A stretch of DNA of 64,000 bases from positions 68,014,001 to 68,078,000 of the forward strand of contig NC_042998.1 of assembly GCF_006345805.1 (NCBI RefSeq). The letters run 5' to 3'. The notes beneath the pieces are model-generated. The model made no database searches and was not told where the DNA came from. It saw nothing but the letters and a program-made list of their open reading frames with translations. Source of the DNA: Octopus sinensis. Lineage: Eukaryota. The translations under genes were made by a program, and so were the position numbers. Below, one piece after another: positions 1 through 14,051 of this stretch; within the stretch, counting starts at the first letter, position 1; every line of letters begins with the position of its first letter.

Positions 1-917
1 TCCTTAATATTAGAATGGAGATTTTCGGGATATTTTTACATTTCAGGAGGTTCCTGCTACCTTTTTGAACCTACAAGATGGCGGCACAGCCGGACGTCTA
101 TAACCAATAGCGAAGGGTTATAATCACCAATTGTTACTTTTAAGTAGTGAGGCATTTCCGCATCCATATATTCAAGAGGTTATGGGCCAACAAGTTTAGG
201 GGATCTGACGATACTCCAACTCTTTACAGACGAGAAACCTAAAGTAATCCCATAAACCGGCCTTCCCTAATTTTAATATATACGGTTCTACATCTTAGAG
301 TGAGCTACCTCTTTCAGATTTATGTTTTTTACAGGATATATATATATACATGCATACATACACATCTACTCATCACCATAGGTATTGTATATGTACACAT
401 ATATATAATATTCCTATATATGTGTATATGTGAATGATACAAATAAACCTGGTATGTTATTAATGATTATGTACAGATAGCTAGATAGACAGACTCACAA
501 ACGAACAGACATTGATACGTACGTATGTATGTACATATGTGTGTACGTGTGTCAGTGTGTGTACACATATATACCCATATGTATATATATATAAAGAGAG
601 AGAGAAGAGAGAAAGAGTAAGAGACAGAGAAAAACGGAGATATTCAATATTATACAATGTAAATTATCTTGCATTGTACTGGTAATGAACCATCATCCTT
701 TATTATTGTTATCGTTACTATTATTATTATTAATATTAACATAAGTTATATCATTTCGTTATAAATATACATGTGTGTGTGCATGTGTGCGTGTGAGCTT
801 GTGTGTAAGCATGTGTGTGTGTGTGTTTGTGTTAAATACATACCATCTAGACAGCTATCTTTTGCTGTTTCCTACATCTGCGCGTGACTATTTTCATCTG
901 TATGTCGTCATATGAGA

Positions 918-956
<39 letters not shown>

Positions 957-1179
957 GCGCGTAACTATACTTTCGTAACTATATTTTCTCATTGGTTTGC
1001 TTAGTGTGATTTTATGGGTATATGAGTGGTGAATACGATGGCAAGCATTTATATAAACTGTAGAAAAAATATTTCAAATTCAAATAAACTTTTATAGACA
1101 AAATCTAAAAAACAAAACTCGTTGCATTATAGAAATACAATCATGCAAATATATGTGTCTGACTGTATACATACATGCA

Positions 1180-1815
<636 letters not shown>

Positions 1816-4800
1816 GTATATATATATATATATGTGTGTGTATATAGGCAACCAGACATATTTGCATGAATGTATATCTATAGATGTGACGAGTTGATAT
1901 ATACATATACACACACGCACACACATAAATATATATATATATGTGTGTGTGTGTTAGTGTGTGTGTCTATGTGTCTATGTGTCTGTGTGTCTGTGTGTAT
2001 AAAATCTGTTAGATATTCTGAATAATTCATTTGAGACTATTGTTGCTTTGAGTTAAATTTCGATTCAAATATTCTAGTAGTTTAACTCATTGTCCTATCG
2101 GTATACAAATGAGAAAAAATTGTGAAATTTATAAATGTCTGCTGTTTTTTTTAATAAAGATTCATTTATTTTTATTTGATTATTATGCATTAGACTAATA
2201 GTTTTTTTCTATTGTTTTATATTTATTCTATTTTTGGAGGGGGGTGGAATTATCTTACAGCTTTTTCGTAACTATATTATCTCATTGGTTTGCTTTATGT
2301 TTTCATTTTTTCCGTGCTTTTGTTTTTATCATCCAAATCATTTATTTATTTCTAGTCTTCTGTACAGCGCTATTTTTTTTTTTTTTCGCTCAGCTTAAAC
2401 AGACTTTTAATATTTGAAGAAATTTCAACGCCCCATTCTCTTTTGTGTCTTATGTCTCGCATATTATTTGTCTGACCATAGTGATAGGAATTCGTGCTAG
2501 TTTTGGTCACTTGCTGTTCTCTGTTGTTGTTTCTCCTGCAAGCTACTGCTGCTGATGCTGCTAATGCTGTTGTTGTTGTTGTTGTTAACATAAGTTGTTA
2601 TTGAAGTTGTCGCTATAGTTAACATTGCTGTCATGGGAGGCGTAATCTTCGTGACTTAGCTACCAAATGAACACAGAATCGTGTTGCCACATTTCAAAGA
2701 GTCTTCTCACCTTTCTTCTTCATCTATTTAAATTACTTGTGTATTTTTACATCTCTCCACGCCACCTCATTTTTATTATTTGCTCCATATAAACATCTCC
2801 ACCTGATGTGAATGAAGAATAGTTATATAATACTAATATTGGTTTCAAAATTTGGCACAAGACCAGCAATATCAGGAGGGGGTAAGTCGATTACATCTAC
2901 CCCAGGGCTCTACTGGTACTTATTTTATCGAACCCGAAACAATTACAGGCATAAATTTGAACTCAAAATGTAAAGCCGGATGAAATACCGGTAATCATTT
3001 TGTCCGGCATGCTAACCATTCAGCCAGCTTGCTACCTTTATTTAATACTAATATGATTTCTAGTTTTCGCCCGTCTTTATGTTCTCAGTTCAAACTCTGT
3101 TAAAGTTATCTTTGCTTACTAGCCATTGGGTGGCGGTCGATAAAATAAGTACCAGTCGAGTACTTGGGTCGATGTAATCGACTTACTCCCTTACCTGAAA
3201 TTGCTGGCCTTGTGCCAAAAATTTGAAACAAATATTTTTCTGGTTTAGAAAACAAACGCAGCATTTTTCCAGGTTGGGGCTTAGTCGATATCATTGATGC
3301 AAGTACTTGATTTGTACTTTATTTCATCGCTCAAAAGTATGATATGCAAATGACATCGTCAGGGCTTGAAATCAGAACGTAAACAGAGAAAGATTATAAA
3401 TGTATCCACGTACCAACTGGTTACGTTAAAGCAAGCAAACAATTAATTCGAAAATAATGAAAAAATGACAAATAACGCAAATCAGGTTATCCTACTCTGT
3501 AACTATTTCACTTAATCCGATTGCCACGTGGGCTGGTTCTCGAAATGATAATGGGCGATTTTACAACTGGTGTGACTTAAATTCTGAGCGCTGAGAGCCG
3601 GCACAAATAAAACAACAGATTTTGTTCACCGTACTACCGTGTCTGCTAATACGCCGCCGGAATTCTATTGCATCCGTCCATATTCTCTATCTGACTTTCA
3701 TCAATGTTTCTGTTAAAAACACTTCGCCCGCCTCCATGTAGAGAAAGGTAGGGAGGCCGCTTACAGATCAGTTAAATACAGTCATATCCACAAAAATTAT
3801 TCGACAGATCGAACTGATACTACTTCAAATGCCTTGATCACAGATTCAGTTTCCAGACAGCATGGCACAAAGTCCTCTGTAACCTATAAAATGTTCAATA
3901 ATAAATTTATCGCTTGTAGCAGGTTCAGTCCCACTGCGTGACAACTTGATCAGATGTCTTCTGCTACGGCCTCAGGCCAACCAAATGCTTGTGAGTGGAT
4001 TTGGTAGAAGGAAACTGAAAGAAGCCCGTCGTATTTGTGTATGTGTGTGTGTGTCTGTCTCCCACTACAACTTGAAAACCGTTGTTGGTTTGTTTACCTT
4101 CCTGTAAAAGACCGAGATAATAAATCCTTTGGTCGATTTGTTCGACTAAAAGTCTTCAAGGCGGTACCCCAGCATGGCCGCAGTCAAATGATCTGAACAA
4201 GTACAAAAAAATGGAAATATGAATTCATCAGTTGCTGCAATGAACACTGTTAACCGTTTCTAGCGCCGTTGAACGGTGTTCACTTGCTATGTTTAGTGTT
4301 GTTCTTCTTTTCTTGACTAAAATCTTTCAGTAGAACGTCTCATTTCGTTTAAAAGTTGCAATTAAAATTAACCATTCTGGAACAGTTTTCATTTCAGAGA
4401 GATAAAAACCAGTTTGAATTGAGTACAAATGAGCACAGATAATTGTTGTTACGCTTTCTTTTGATTTCTTTGTCGAATCGACTCTCCATGAGCTGATAGA
4501 AAATGTCAGAAATGTTTGAATTTGAACTAATGTCGGAAGAAATGCCGTTAAGGATTTTGACCGGAGCGGTAATGATTCCGCTAGCCCGGCACCTTAAAAC
4601 TAACAAAATGTCAGTTTTGATTTCTTGAAGTCGAAAAAAAGAAGAGTTTTTCCCGTTCACGGGATGCTATTCGTTACACTTTCTCAGGAACCCAATTTTG
4701 GCGAAAATAATGTGATTTTGAAACATTAGGTTTAGAGAGATAAAGAATAATGTAATTAAAAAGGTATAATTATTTTACAAGTTCATATTTATCAATGTAC

Positions 4801-5963
4801 CGCCAATGATAAGGAGCATTTCATCATGCATTTTATAATTACTTCATTTTTAATAATTAACATTATATGGATCGACTTCGCTGTATTTCTTCACAAGAAT
4901 GACAATACGAATTTAGACTAAATTAATTAAATATTTTCAGTTCACTGCCTGAAGTACTTTATCTGCCATTTTCAAGTTGTAGTGCGATATATATTCCCAG
5001 TGCTTATATCATCGTATAGCTTTGCGTCTTTCAAAAATATATTTGTTGCCACCATTCTGTTAATTATCAATTTTACCGCAAGCAAAACTCTTCGTTCCGT
5101 ACAATGTAAATAACTTTGCAATCAGTACTTCGAGAAAGCTTTATCCTTGTTGCTTTAATAGTTTGCTGCTGTCAATGTCTGCGCTAAAGTATGTTATTGA
5201 GACTAATTATTGTTCCTAAACATTCAGTAGGAGAACATTTTGTTGGAACAATATAAGGAAATTGTAATGTCGTGTTTGCTGTGTTGAATAAACGTAGTTA
5301 CTCGCTGTTGTGTCCAACTTACTTTTACGGTTTGTTTCTTGTTTTTATTGCGCTGAATTACTACAAAATGTAATTGTTATTGAGGTACAACAATTATTTT
5401 TATCTTATACACGTCATTATAAAAGTCTGCAATTATATGTAGTAAAGGTACAGCGCTGAGGTATTCAGCTGAAAGGTATCTTTGTTTATGCTTGTTGAAG
5501 GAAGAGAGACTAAATCTTGTTTTGTTTGGCAATATATATTTAAGTAGCTAGCTGCCGGTTTGTAAGAAGCTAACAGTAAATACAGATGAGGAATTTCATA
5601 TTATCTTCTCGATATTCCATTATCTCGTTCGATGGTGGATGACAAAAATGGGTAGAACAAAGGACAAAATGTCTGGCGGTATTTGTTTGCATTGCTTTAT
5701 GTTCTGTGATTCAATAAGCGACGAAATGGATGAGTGGATAAGTATTTTGCTTCTCATTCACGTAGTTCTATGTTCAATCGCATTCAGCAGCCGTTGGGGC
5801 AAGTATTTTATGCCATACCCTGAAATGTCCGTCATATATATATATTTATATATATATATATATAAAGTTAATCCAAACTAGAAAACACAGAAAAAAACAC
5901 AGCAACGCGAGGACGTGGAACAATTAAAGTATTATTTGACGCTCAGGAAAGAAGAGAAGGAGG

Positions 5964-5998
5964 GTTTAACGTTTCGAGCGGAGCTCTTCGTCGGAAAC
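5964..5998 (-). ncRNA. Minimal hammerhead motif in solo PLE pLTR fragment
   Basis: GUUU CCGACGA A GAGC UCC GCUC GAA ACGU U AAAC, with U4C in the core. Adjacent to (TA)n. Confidence 0.65.
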
Positions 5999-7577
5999 AA
6001 GGAGAAGGAAAGATCCCAAGAAGGGAAGACAGAGGGAAAAATATATACATACATACATACATACATGGGAAGTGTTAAGCATTAGATTTCAATTGTCTGC
6101 TTTCCTAGTTACGAACCATTCATGGGCACTGACAAATCTTTAAAATTGTCATTAATAGTCATTATTTTAAAGAAAATGTTAAGGGGACAAGCTGGCAGAA
6201 ACGTTTGCGCGTTGGACAAAATGCTAAGCGGTACTTCTTCCGGCTCTTTACGATCTGATGAGGTCGTCTTTGCCTTTCATCTATCGAAATCGATAAAACA
6301 AAATAGCAGTCAGGTATAGGGGTCTGTATAATCCATTTATCACTGCCTTAAATTTTCTGTCTTCATGCCAAAATAAAAATAAAAATTGTTATTATGCTTT
6401 AGTAAACTACTGAGCAAATATGTTTCTCCCGCTCACTGAACCAAACCAGAAAAACTTAACCCTACTGCAAATTACATACACAGTAACTGGCTGACAAACA
6501 GCAGTGAAAATGTATTGATATTAATGATTGCCACTAGACTTAGTGTTACCTATAAATAAATCTATTTTGTGGTTCTTGTTTAGCCTCAGATCGTTACAGA
6601 TCCAGCTATGGCTGTCATCTTGGTTTTAAATGTGTATGACTACGTCAGACAACTTTTCGACGTTGGTATGTTTCATTTGAGATTTGGCTACTATCTGTAG
6701 CAGCTCGAAACATCACATGGATAAATGCTCCCCACCAGCTCTCTTTCTCACTTTCTCACCACTGGAAACAACGTGACTAACGTATATATGTCGAGTGTTT
6801 TGTTAATATACAATACTAAATTCAAGTCTGTTGTATATGTAGCTAAGAGAGGAAAGGACACCGACCGCCATACTCTCCTATTCATTGCATACCAAACAAT
6901 AACATGAAGTATTTGCTAGTTTATGAATACAATAAACGACAAGGACAGCAACACGCAAACTTTTATTTTATTCGTGAATTATTATTCATTCAGTGAAAGA
7001 ATTAAAATACTACTTTTCAAAGATTCCATTGAAGCAGCAGTGAGAGCTAAACAATAATAGAATCACTAGAAGAATAGACGAAGTCTGGAAATTGCTCTCT
7101 TTTGCGATTTGCACTTGGAATATATTTTGCAGAATAAATAAGGAATAAAAAACAAATGGCTGAAACGCAACAACGCAGATTTTCTCGGCTGATAGCATTT
7201 TACTTCAAAAGTGATTAATTTTGATTAAACATGTTTTGAGTATTCCAAATACTACTGTTTGGTCTTTCTTTTGAATGAAGAATATAAAACTACAGAAATT
7301 TATTATGTCGGATGAGCTGTGAGAAGAAGAAAGATATATGTTGTAAAAGTTGAATGATCTCACCAGATGTCATTAGATTTAGTTGAACTGTACTCCCATA
7401 TCAGAAGAAGAACCGACTGGAACAGTGGATTGGCTCATTTGGATATTGCCTCACATCTCATACATTAGAGAAACGAAAGCAAATGCTGAAGAAGAAAATT
7501 TTTAAATAAATTTATTTCATTTTTTTAAAGTTTACAGTTTATTTAAATTTTATTTCTTTATATGTAAGTATTTTAAG

Positions 7578-7872
7578 TCGACGAGCTGGCAAAATTGTTA
7601 ATACGCCAGGCGAAATGCTTAGCGGCATTTCATCCGTCTTTATGTTCTGAGTTCGATTTCTGCCTAGGTCGACTTTGCCTTTCGTCCTTTAGGGAACCAG
7701 TTAAGCACTGGGGCCGAGGTAGTCGACTAGCTAGGTATCTCAAAATTCCAGACCTTGCGCCTATAGAAGAAAGGGTTGTTATGTGGATAACAGAAGCAGC
7801 AGTCAAGTACTGGGATCGATGTAATTGACTTACTACTACCGCTGAAATTACTGGCCTTGTACCAAAATTTGA
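7578..7872 (+). mobile_element. SINE family B, composite
   Basis: Family B head and body with the alternative tail GGCCTTGTACCAAAATTTGAAACC. Confidence 0.7.
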
Positions 7873-8750
7873 AACCATTATTATTGTGAGGATGTTTGGT
7901 CGAATCTTTACATCTTTAGCCAAAGTGTCTTACAGTATTTAGTTCTAATTCTATACGTTCTGCGTTCATTTCCCACTATGGTCGATTTTCTGTTCTTGCT
8001 GGGATTGAATTTGCTTTTTATCTCTATGTGAGAAACGATTTCATATGTAAGCTTGATATATATATATGAAATAAAATACAAAATGGGACAAGAACGCAAA
8101 ACATCCGGACAACTGGGTGATACAAAAAGGGACAACAAAACATCCAGATAGACGATACAAAATAACACTGACGGGTCATTCGAAGCATTTTATCTTCAGT
8201 CAAGAACTGGATCATTCTCGCAATTTCGGCTGATTAATCTTGAGATTGCTCCAATCTGGCCAGCCCCAATCTGGCCAGCCCCAAGGAAAAACAAAGCTAA
8301 GAGCATTAGATTCCTTGGAAAATAACATCGAATGTATACGAAACAAGGACGGAAAAACGGACAATGTTACACGGATATAAATACAAAAATATAAAAACAA
8401 TAATAATAATAATAACAGGACATAACAGCTGGCGTATTGGGAATTAAGCCTTACGGCAGAGGGAGGAATATCGATGTGGCAGTGACCGTGGTCAAACGCA
8501 AAAAGGGCTAGCAGTCGGCCAAAGGTCACGTAAGTAGAGAGAAAAAAGAGGAACAAAGGAATTAAGGAAAGGGAGAAGAGAGAGAGTGTGTGTGTGTGTG
8601 TGTAGCAGTAGATAGACGGAAGAATCAAGGAGTGGCGAGAAAAAAGAGAGAGAGGGACATAGTGAAGTGCAAAGTAAGAAAGGCAAAGAAATGTGAGATA
8701 GAGGTGTAGAGAGGGTGGAGAGAGAGCGGAAGGGAGAGTGTTTTATTTAT

Positions 8751-8810
<60 letters not shown>

Positions 8811-8963
8811 TATACATACATATATATATATATACATACATATTAGAAGAAATAAGGTTCTCAGAACTCTGGATGGTTTTTATATTTACAGATTTTTATT
8901 AATATGTCACATGTTTTTATAAATCATATATAGCACTTGCATCAAAACTAGTAGACTCTTCCG

Positions 8964-8998
<35 letters not shown>

Positions 8999-9002
8999 GT
9001 GT

Positions 9003-9034
<32 letters not shown>

Positions 9035-9229
9035 AATGTATGTGTAATTATTTTTTCTGTTTACAATTAACACGGAAAAAATGTCCCATTGATGCGTTTG
9101 GTTTCTTTTTTCCCTGAAGAGAAGCTCGCATTGTTTTACTTCATTTTATTCTTTCTGGAATAATACCAATGTTTTCTTGAAAACATATATAAAAAATATA
9201 AAGATTTGAATAACACCTGCGTTTAACTC

Positions 9230-9273
<44 letters not shown>

Positions 9274-9388
9274 TTGTATTATATATGTGTGTGTGTGCGT
9301 ATACATACATATATATACTTATGTTTGCTATTTTGTTTCTGCATGGTAATTCGTTGATATTTACCTGATTCCAAAATGTTTTTTCCAG

Positions 9389-9512
9389 GTTGATGAAGAA
9401 TGTAGTCGTGCAAAGATATCGACAGACGCCCGTGGAATTTAAAAAAGACGGCACCCTGAAAAATGTGGAGATTAATATCGTCAACCTTCAAAGAAATAGA
9501 AAGTGGAAGCTG
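9389..9512 (+). CDS. Nmdar2: NMDA receptor GluN2-like subunit, internal exon A (end of ATD)
   Basis: ttccag acceptor and gtaag donor at 9513. Phase 2 in, phase 0 out. Encodes LMKNVVVQRYRQTPVEFKKDGTLKNVEINIVNLQRNRKWKL, resembling invertebrate NR2 'LRNV..EF..DG.L...I.NL...W'. Joins exon B in frame. Confidence 0.88.
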
Positions 9513-11727
9513 GTAAGAAAACATCAAAAATTAATCATCATTGAATACTATCGATACCTTTTTAATCATTAAACTAATAATTCATTTTATTCCTCGGTTT
9601 AATTTGCACCCAAACATTTCTATTTTGGCCTCAAATTTGGCACAAGGGTAAATCGATTACATTGACCCCAGTGTTCTACAAAGTCGACTCCTGCAGCATT
9701 TGAACTTAGAACGTAAACTCGGGAGAAATGCTGCTAAGCATTTTGTCCGACATGGTAAAGTTTGTGCCAGCTCACGTCCTTCCAGTCTTATATTATTACA
9801 TGTATAAAAACGCTAGATTGGCAGGATCGGTAAAGCGTTGGAGAAAATTCTTTCTCGTACTTTTGTTTTGGATCTTTTGTCTTTGTTCCCGCTTCTGTCA
9901 ACTTTTTTTCATCTTTCGGGGTCATTAATATAAAAAACCACCCAATTGCTAGAGCCTATAAAAATTACTGGACTTCTGCGCGAATTAAAAACAAAAGCAA
10001 CATGCTGAACAGCAAAAATTCGATTGCCAAAATTGGTAGAGCGACGGACAGACTTTTTACTGTATTTGTTCCAAGCCTTTGTGTTCTGGGAAGAAAATCT
10101 GCTGGAAATAAATTTACTTTTTAACTTTCCGTAGTTGATAGAATAAGGTAGAATGGGACCGAATCATCACTCTCTCTCTTCCCCTCTCTCTCTCTCTCTC
10201 TCCGCTTCTCTCTCTCTCGCTTTCTCTCTCTCCCTTTCTTGCTCTATGAATCGGCTGACCCAAATATATGTCACAGTACCGCTTTCCATTAACAGTGGTT
10301 TTAAACCAGGGTCTACATGACCTTTAGCGGTCCATATCAGATTTTATTGTCCAGTAAGTTGCTTACATACTTCTACATACACAAAATATTCTAACTTTTT
10401 TAGTAGCCCGGTTAGTAGCCCGCGCTCTTAACCACTACGCCATATGCCCGTGGGCATATGGGTTCTTGCTGATCCGATCAACGGAACAGCCGGCTCGTGA
10501 AATTAACATGCAAGTGGCTGAGCACTACACAAACCCGTGTACCCTTAACGTAGTTCTCGGGGGAGATTCAGCGTGACACAAAGTGTGACAAGGCTGGCTC
10601 TTTTAAATGCAGGTACAACAGAAACAGGAAGAAAGAGCGAGAAAAAGTGGTGGTGAAAAAGCACAGCAGGGTTCGACACCACCTCCTGCCGGAGCCACGT
10701 GGAGCTTTAGGTGTTTTCGCTCAATAAACATTCACAACGCCCGATACGGGAATCGGAACCGCGATCCTGCGACCGCGAATCCGCTGACCTACTCACTGGG
10801 CCATTGCGCCTCCATGTCATATACTGTATGACGGACAAGTCCTCCGTCTTTTCCTTCAAGGTTCTATCGAGTTACCTGACATACAAATATATAAGAGCAT
10901 AGCCTTTATGATTTCATTCATACTCTTCAGTTAAAATACACCATCGTTATTTACGACCTTACTAGCTGAAATTGAAGTATTTATTTTTTGCCTGAAAAGC
11001 AAATTGTTAGCCATAGGAAAACTATTTCAAAGACACGCTGATATTTAGACAGACGAAGAGGAAGCTCATATCAATAGATATAAAGTAAAGTTCAGATACA
11101 GAGACGAATTTACAACTAAGCAAACCTTCGATCTATCAATCAATGCTTCCGTCAATCAGTCAAATATATCTATTTTCTATTACTTTAAAAATAGCATCAA
11201 TAGACTTTTCAATGACTGACATCCGCTAAGATAAAATTCTCCATCCAAGAGATGTCACTGCACCTCAAGGTTTTACTATTGTACGCATTGCTATCTTACT
11301 CTCGGCCAGATTGATTTATTTCTAATGTTATTAAATAGTAATTTAATCAGTCTTCCTACCTGGTGGTTGTCATATCTTTATCAATCATTTAGATTAACTG
11401 TCATGGCTTACTTGATTACAGCTAATTTTGTATTTCTCAATACGTTGTAACATACCACAAGCCGAAGCTCTGTCCTTGGTTCCGCTCTTTAATTATACGG
11501 CTCTAGAGAAATAGAATATTACATAAATTGATAAGCATATATCTACGTACATAGGCAGCTACGTCGCACGAGCGCGCGCACACACACGCGCACACACACA
11601 CACAAAATAACAATGCTGCGTATCTCCATCCATGTATATACTTATATATATATATAATTCAAATTTAGAGAAAACAAAAGACGAAGACAGGTGTATTAGT
11701 TTAACACTCGGGAAAAATGGAAAAGTA

Positions 11728-11761
11728 TTTTATGTTTCGAGCATACGCTCTTCGTCAGAAA
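11728..11761 (-). ncRNA. Minimal hammerhead motif in solo PLE pLTR fragment
   Basis: UUU CUGACGA A GAGC GUAU GCUC GAA ACAU A AAA. Canonical core; stem III reads ACAU instead of ACGU. Confidence 0.6.
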
Positions 11762-11852
11762 AAAATTAAGAGGAAAGAAGGAGAGAGATGAATGTGTGGA
11801 GTTCAACGGTCCAACATGTCTATATGTGTATATGTATATGCATAATTATATA

Positions 11853-11883
<31 letters not shown>

Positions 11884-11945
11884 AATATGCAAATATTTGA
11901 ACACACATATATATATATATACACACGCACACATATATGTACATA

Positions 11946-12002
<57 letters not shown>

Positions 12003-12465
12003 TGCATGTATATATGTATAGTGATATTACTTTGAAATCATTTAATACGTAAGTTTCAGGTCTGCGTATTGTGAAATAGAGACTGTATTCATTACGCAAG
12101 ACGTTCCTCAATTTATCAGTTTTTGGTTTAACTTCATTATTACGACATTTTCGACTCGGTAACACTACAAACTAGCCGCTCTAGACACCACGTATGTTGA
12201 TACTCTATCAACAATTTGGAGTAGTTTGTTATACTTGACTCAAGTCGAAAATTCTTGTACCTTACATCGATTCTTAATGTAACACGAAATATACTTATGC
12301 ATATATATATATATATATATATATATAGGCGCAGGAGTGGATGTGTGGTAAGTAGCTTGCTTACCAGCGACATGGTTTGCTTATTTGAATATGTATTTTC
12401 TTAAGAGGAAATTTTTGTTCATGTTGCGTGTGATGTTATTTTCTTTTCTAATTTCTTATATGTAT

Positions 12466-12578
<113 letters not shown>

Positions 12579-12771
12579 TACTCTTTACATCATCACATTT
12601 CTGTAATACACAATCCCTATTGATCGTTTTTTACGATCCCTTTTGATCGAAAACATCCTCCCCTTTTTTCTACCCCAAAAGAAAAGCTCTACTTAGTAAT
12701 TTGTCCCCCCTGTGTTCAGCCCTGTGTGGCTAATAAAGAAACATATCTATCTATCTAGCTAGCTAGCTAGG

Positions 12772-13958
12772 AGGAAAAAAGGGGGATAGGTTTTCAATCA
12801 AAAGGGATCGTAAAAAAAAAACGATCAAAAGTGATTGAGTATCACAGAAATGTCATGATGTAAAGAGTACAGGGGGAAACAGATAAGGTTTATCCGCGGA
12901 AAGAAAAGCCTACGGAAAAGACCACGGTAACCTCGGTCAATAATGTCACATGTTAACACATTTATTTGCAAGTAAGTAACTCTCTATTTTAAATTTTTCC
13001 CGGTTCATAGGATTATCCTCAAGATGGCTTCGTCATCCATACGTGCCATCCTTGCTACATTCACCCATTTTTTTTTTAAACATTCGCTAGACAAAACTTG
13101 CCTCTCTATTCTCACTTGCTGTTTCAAGTGATACTTCAAGAAATTGATGAGAGATTGACTAGAGACGAAAGTGTTTGTCTCTAATACTTTCAGACGCGTC
13201 CAACAGATACATTCTTTCGCCATAGCCACAAGTATGATGAAAATAGCTCTTCCTTCCCGTTTGAAGGGAGGAGGCGTGGCGATATTGACGATAGACTCGG
13301 CTTATAAACCGACTCGTCCCACACGTGACAGCAGTCGTTCGACATAAGCCCACAGGTCGGAAATGGTTGGACACTGCACGAGTGCGTGCAGAACGGTTTC
13401 GTCGCTCTGACCGCATCTCGAGCAGGTCGACCCTGTGTTTCTCGAGCCGTGTCTGTAGAGCTTATCCCAAACGGGTAGCGCTTCTCGGTAGCACTGCCAG
13501 GCCAGGGATCTCTGGAAGTTGTCCATAGGTCCAGGCCCGAAAGTCGTCTTGAACAGGTGGGTCAGGTATTCCTCGTCGACGCCCAGGTTTGCCCGGAGAT
13601 CGTCGTTGTACATCCCCTTCACTAATCCCCTATAGAATGCTTTGGTTGTGTTGAAGTTGCTCATGGGAAAGTCACTGCAGGAAAGCGTGCCTCACAATCG
13701 GCGACAACACTTGTTCACCGTCGTCTACGTAGAGCCGGAGATGTCGCAGTCTCAGCGCGTGTCTGCGCATGATCAACCACGGCATGCCCAGCCCTCCTTT
13801 TAACGGGTGTTGACAGCAAATGGATCGCCTGACCATCGGGACGCATCCTTTCCACAAGAAGCGGAAGAAAATGCGTTCTAATTTGTTGATGGTAGGGTCG
13901 GGACAAGACACAACGGTCAGGCGGTAGTAGATGACGGACGCGATGTACGTGTTCGCCA
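12772..13958 (-). mobile_element. L1/Tx1-clade LINE 3' fragment
   Basis: ORF2 remnants FRFLWKG...KGGLG, LAWQCYREALPV and CCHC-like CSRCGQSDETVLHALVQC. Stop near 13005, then 3' UTR. (GATA)n arrays lie on both sides of the locus. Confidence 0.85.
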
Positions 13959-13968
13959 ATAGATAGAT

Positions 13969-14051
<83 letters not shown>

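Noticed and set aside
47-122. Possible upstream Nmdar2 exon (tttcag|..GSCYLFEPTRWRHS..)
   Set aside because: All three frames reach a stop within about 80 nt, there is no convincing donor, and similarity to NR2 is too weak.
8150-8215. Hammerhead in the CTGAAGA...TTCGAAT repeat (also 18455-18500, minus strand)
   Set aside because: No GAAA-stem III-NUH arrangement and no consistent stem I. Possibly a pLTR relative, but not supportable as a ribozyme.
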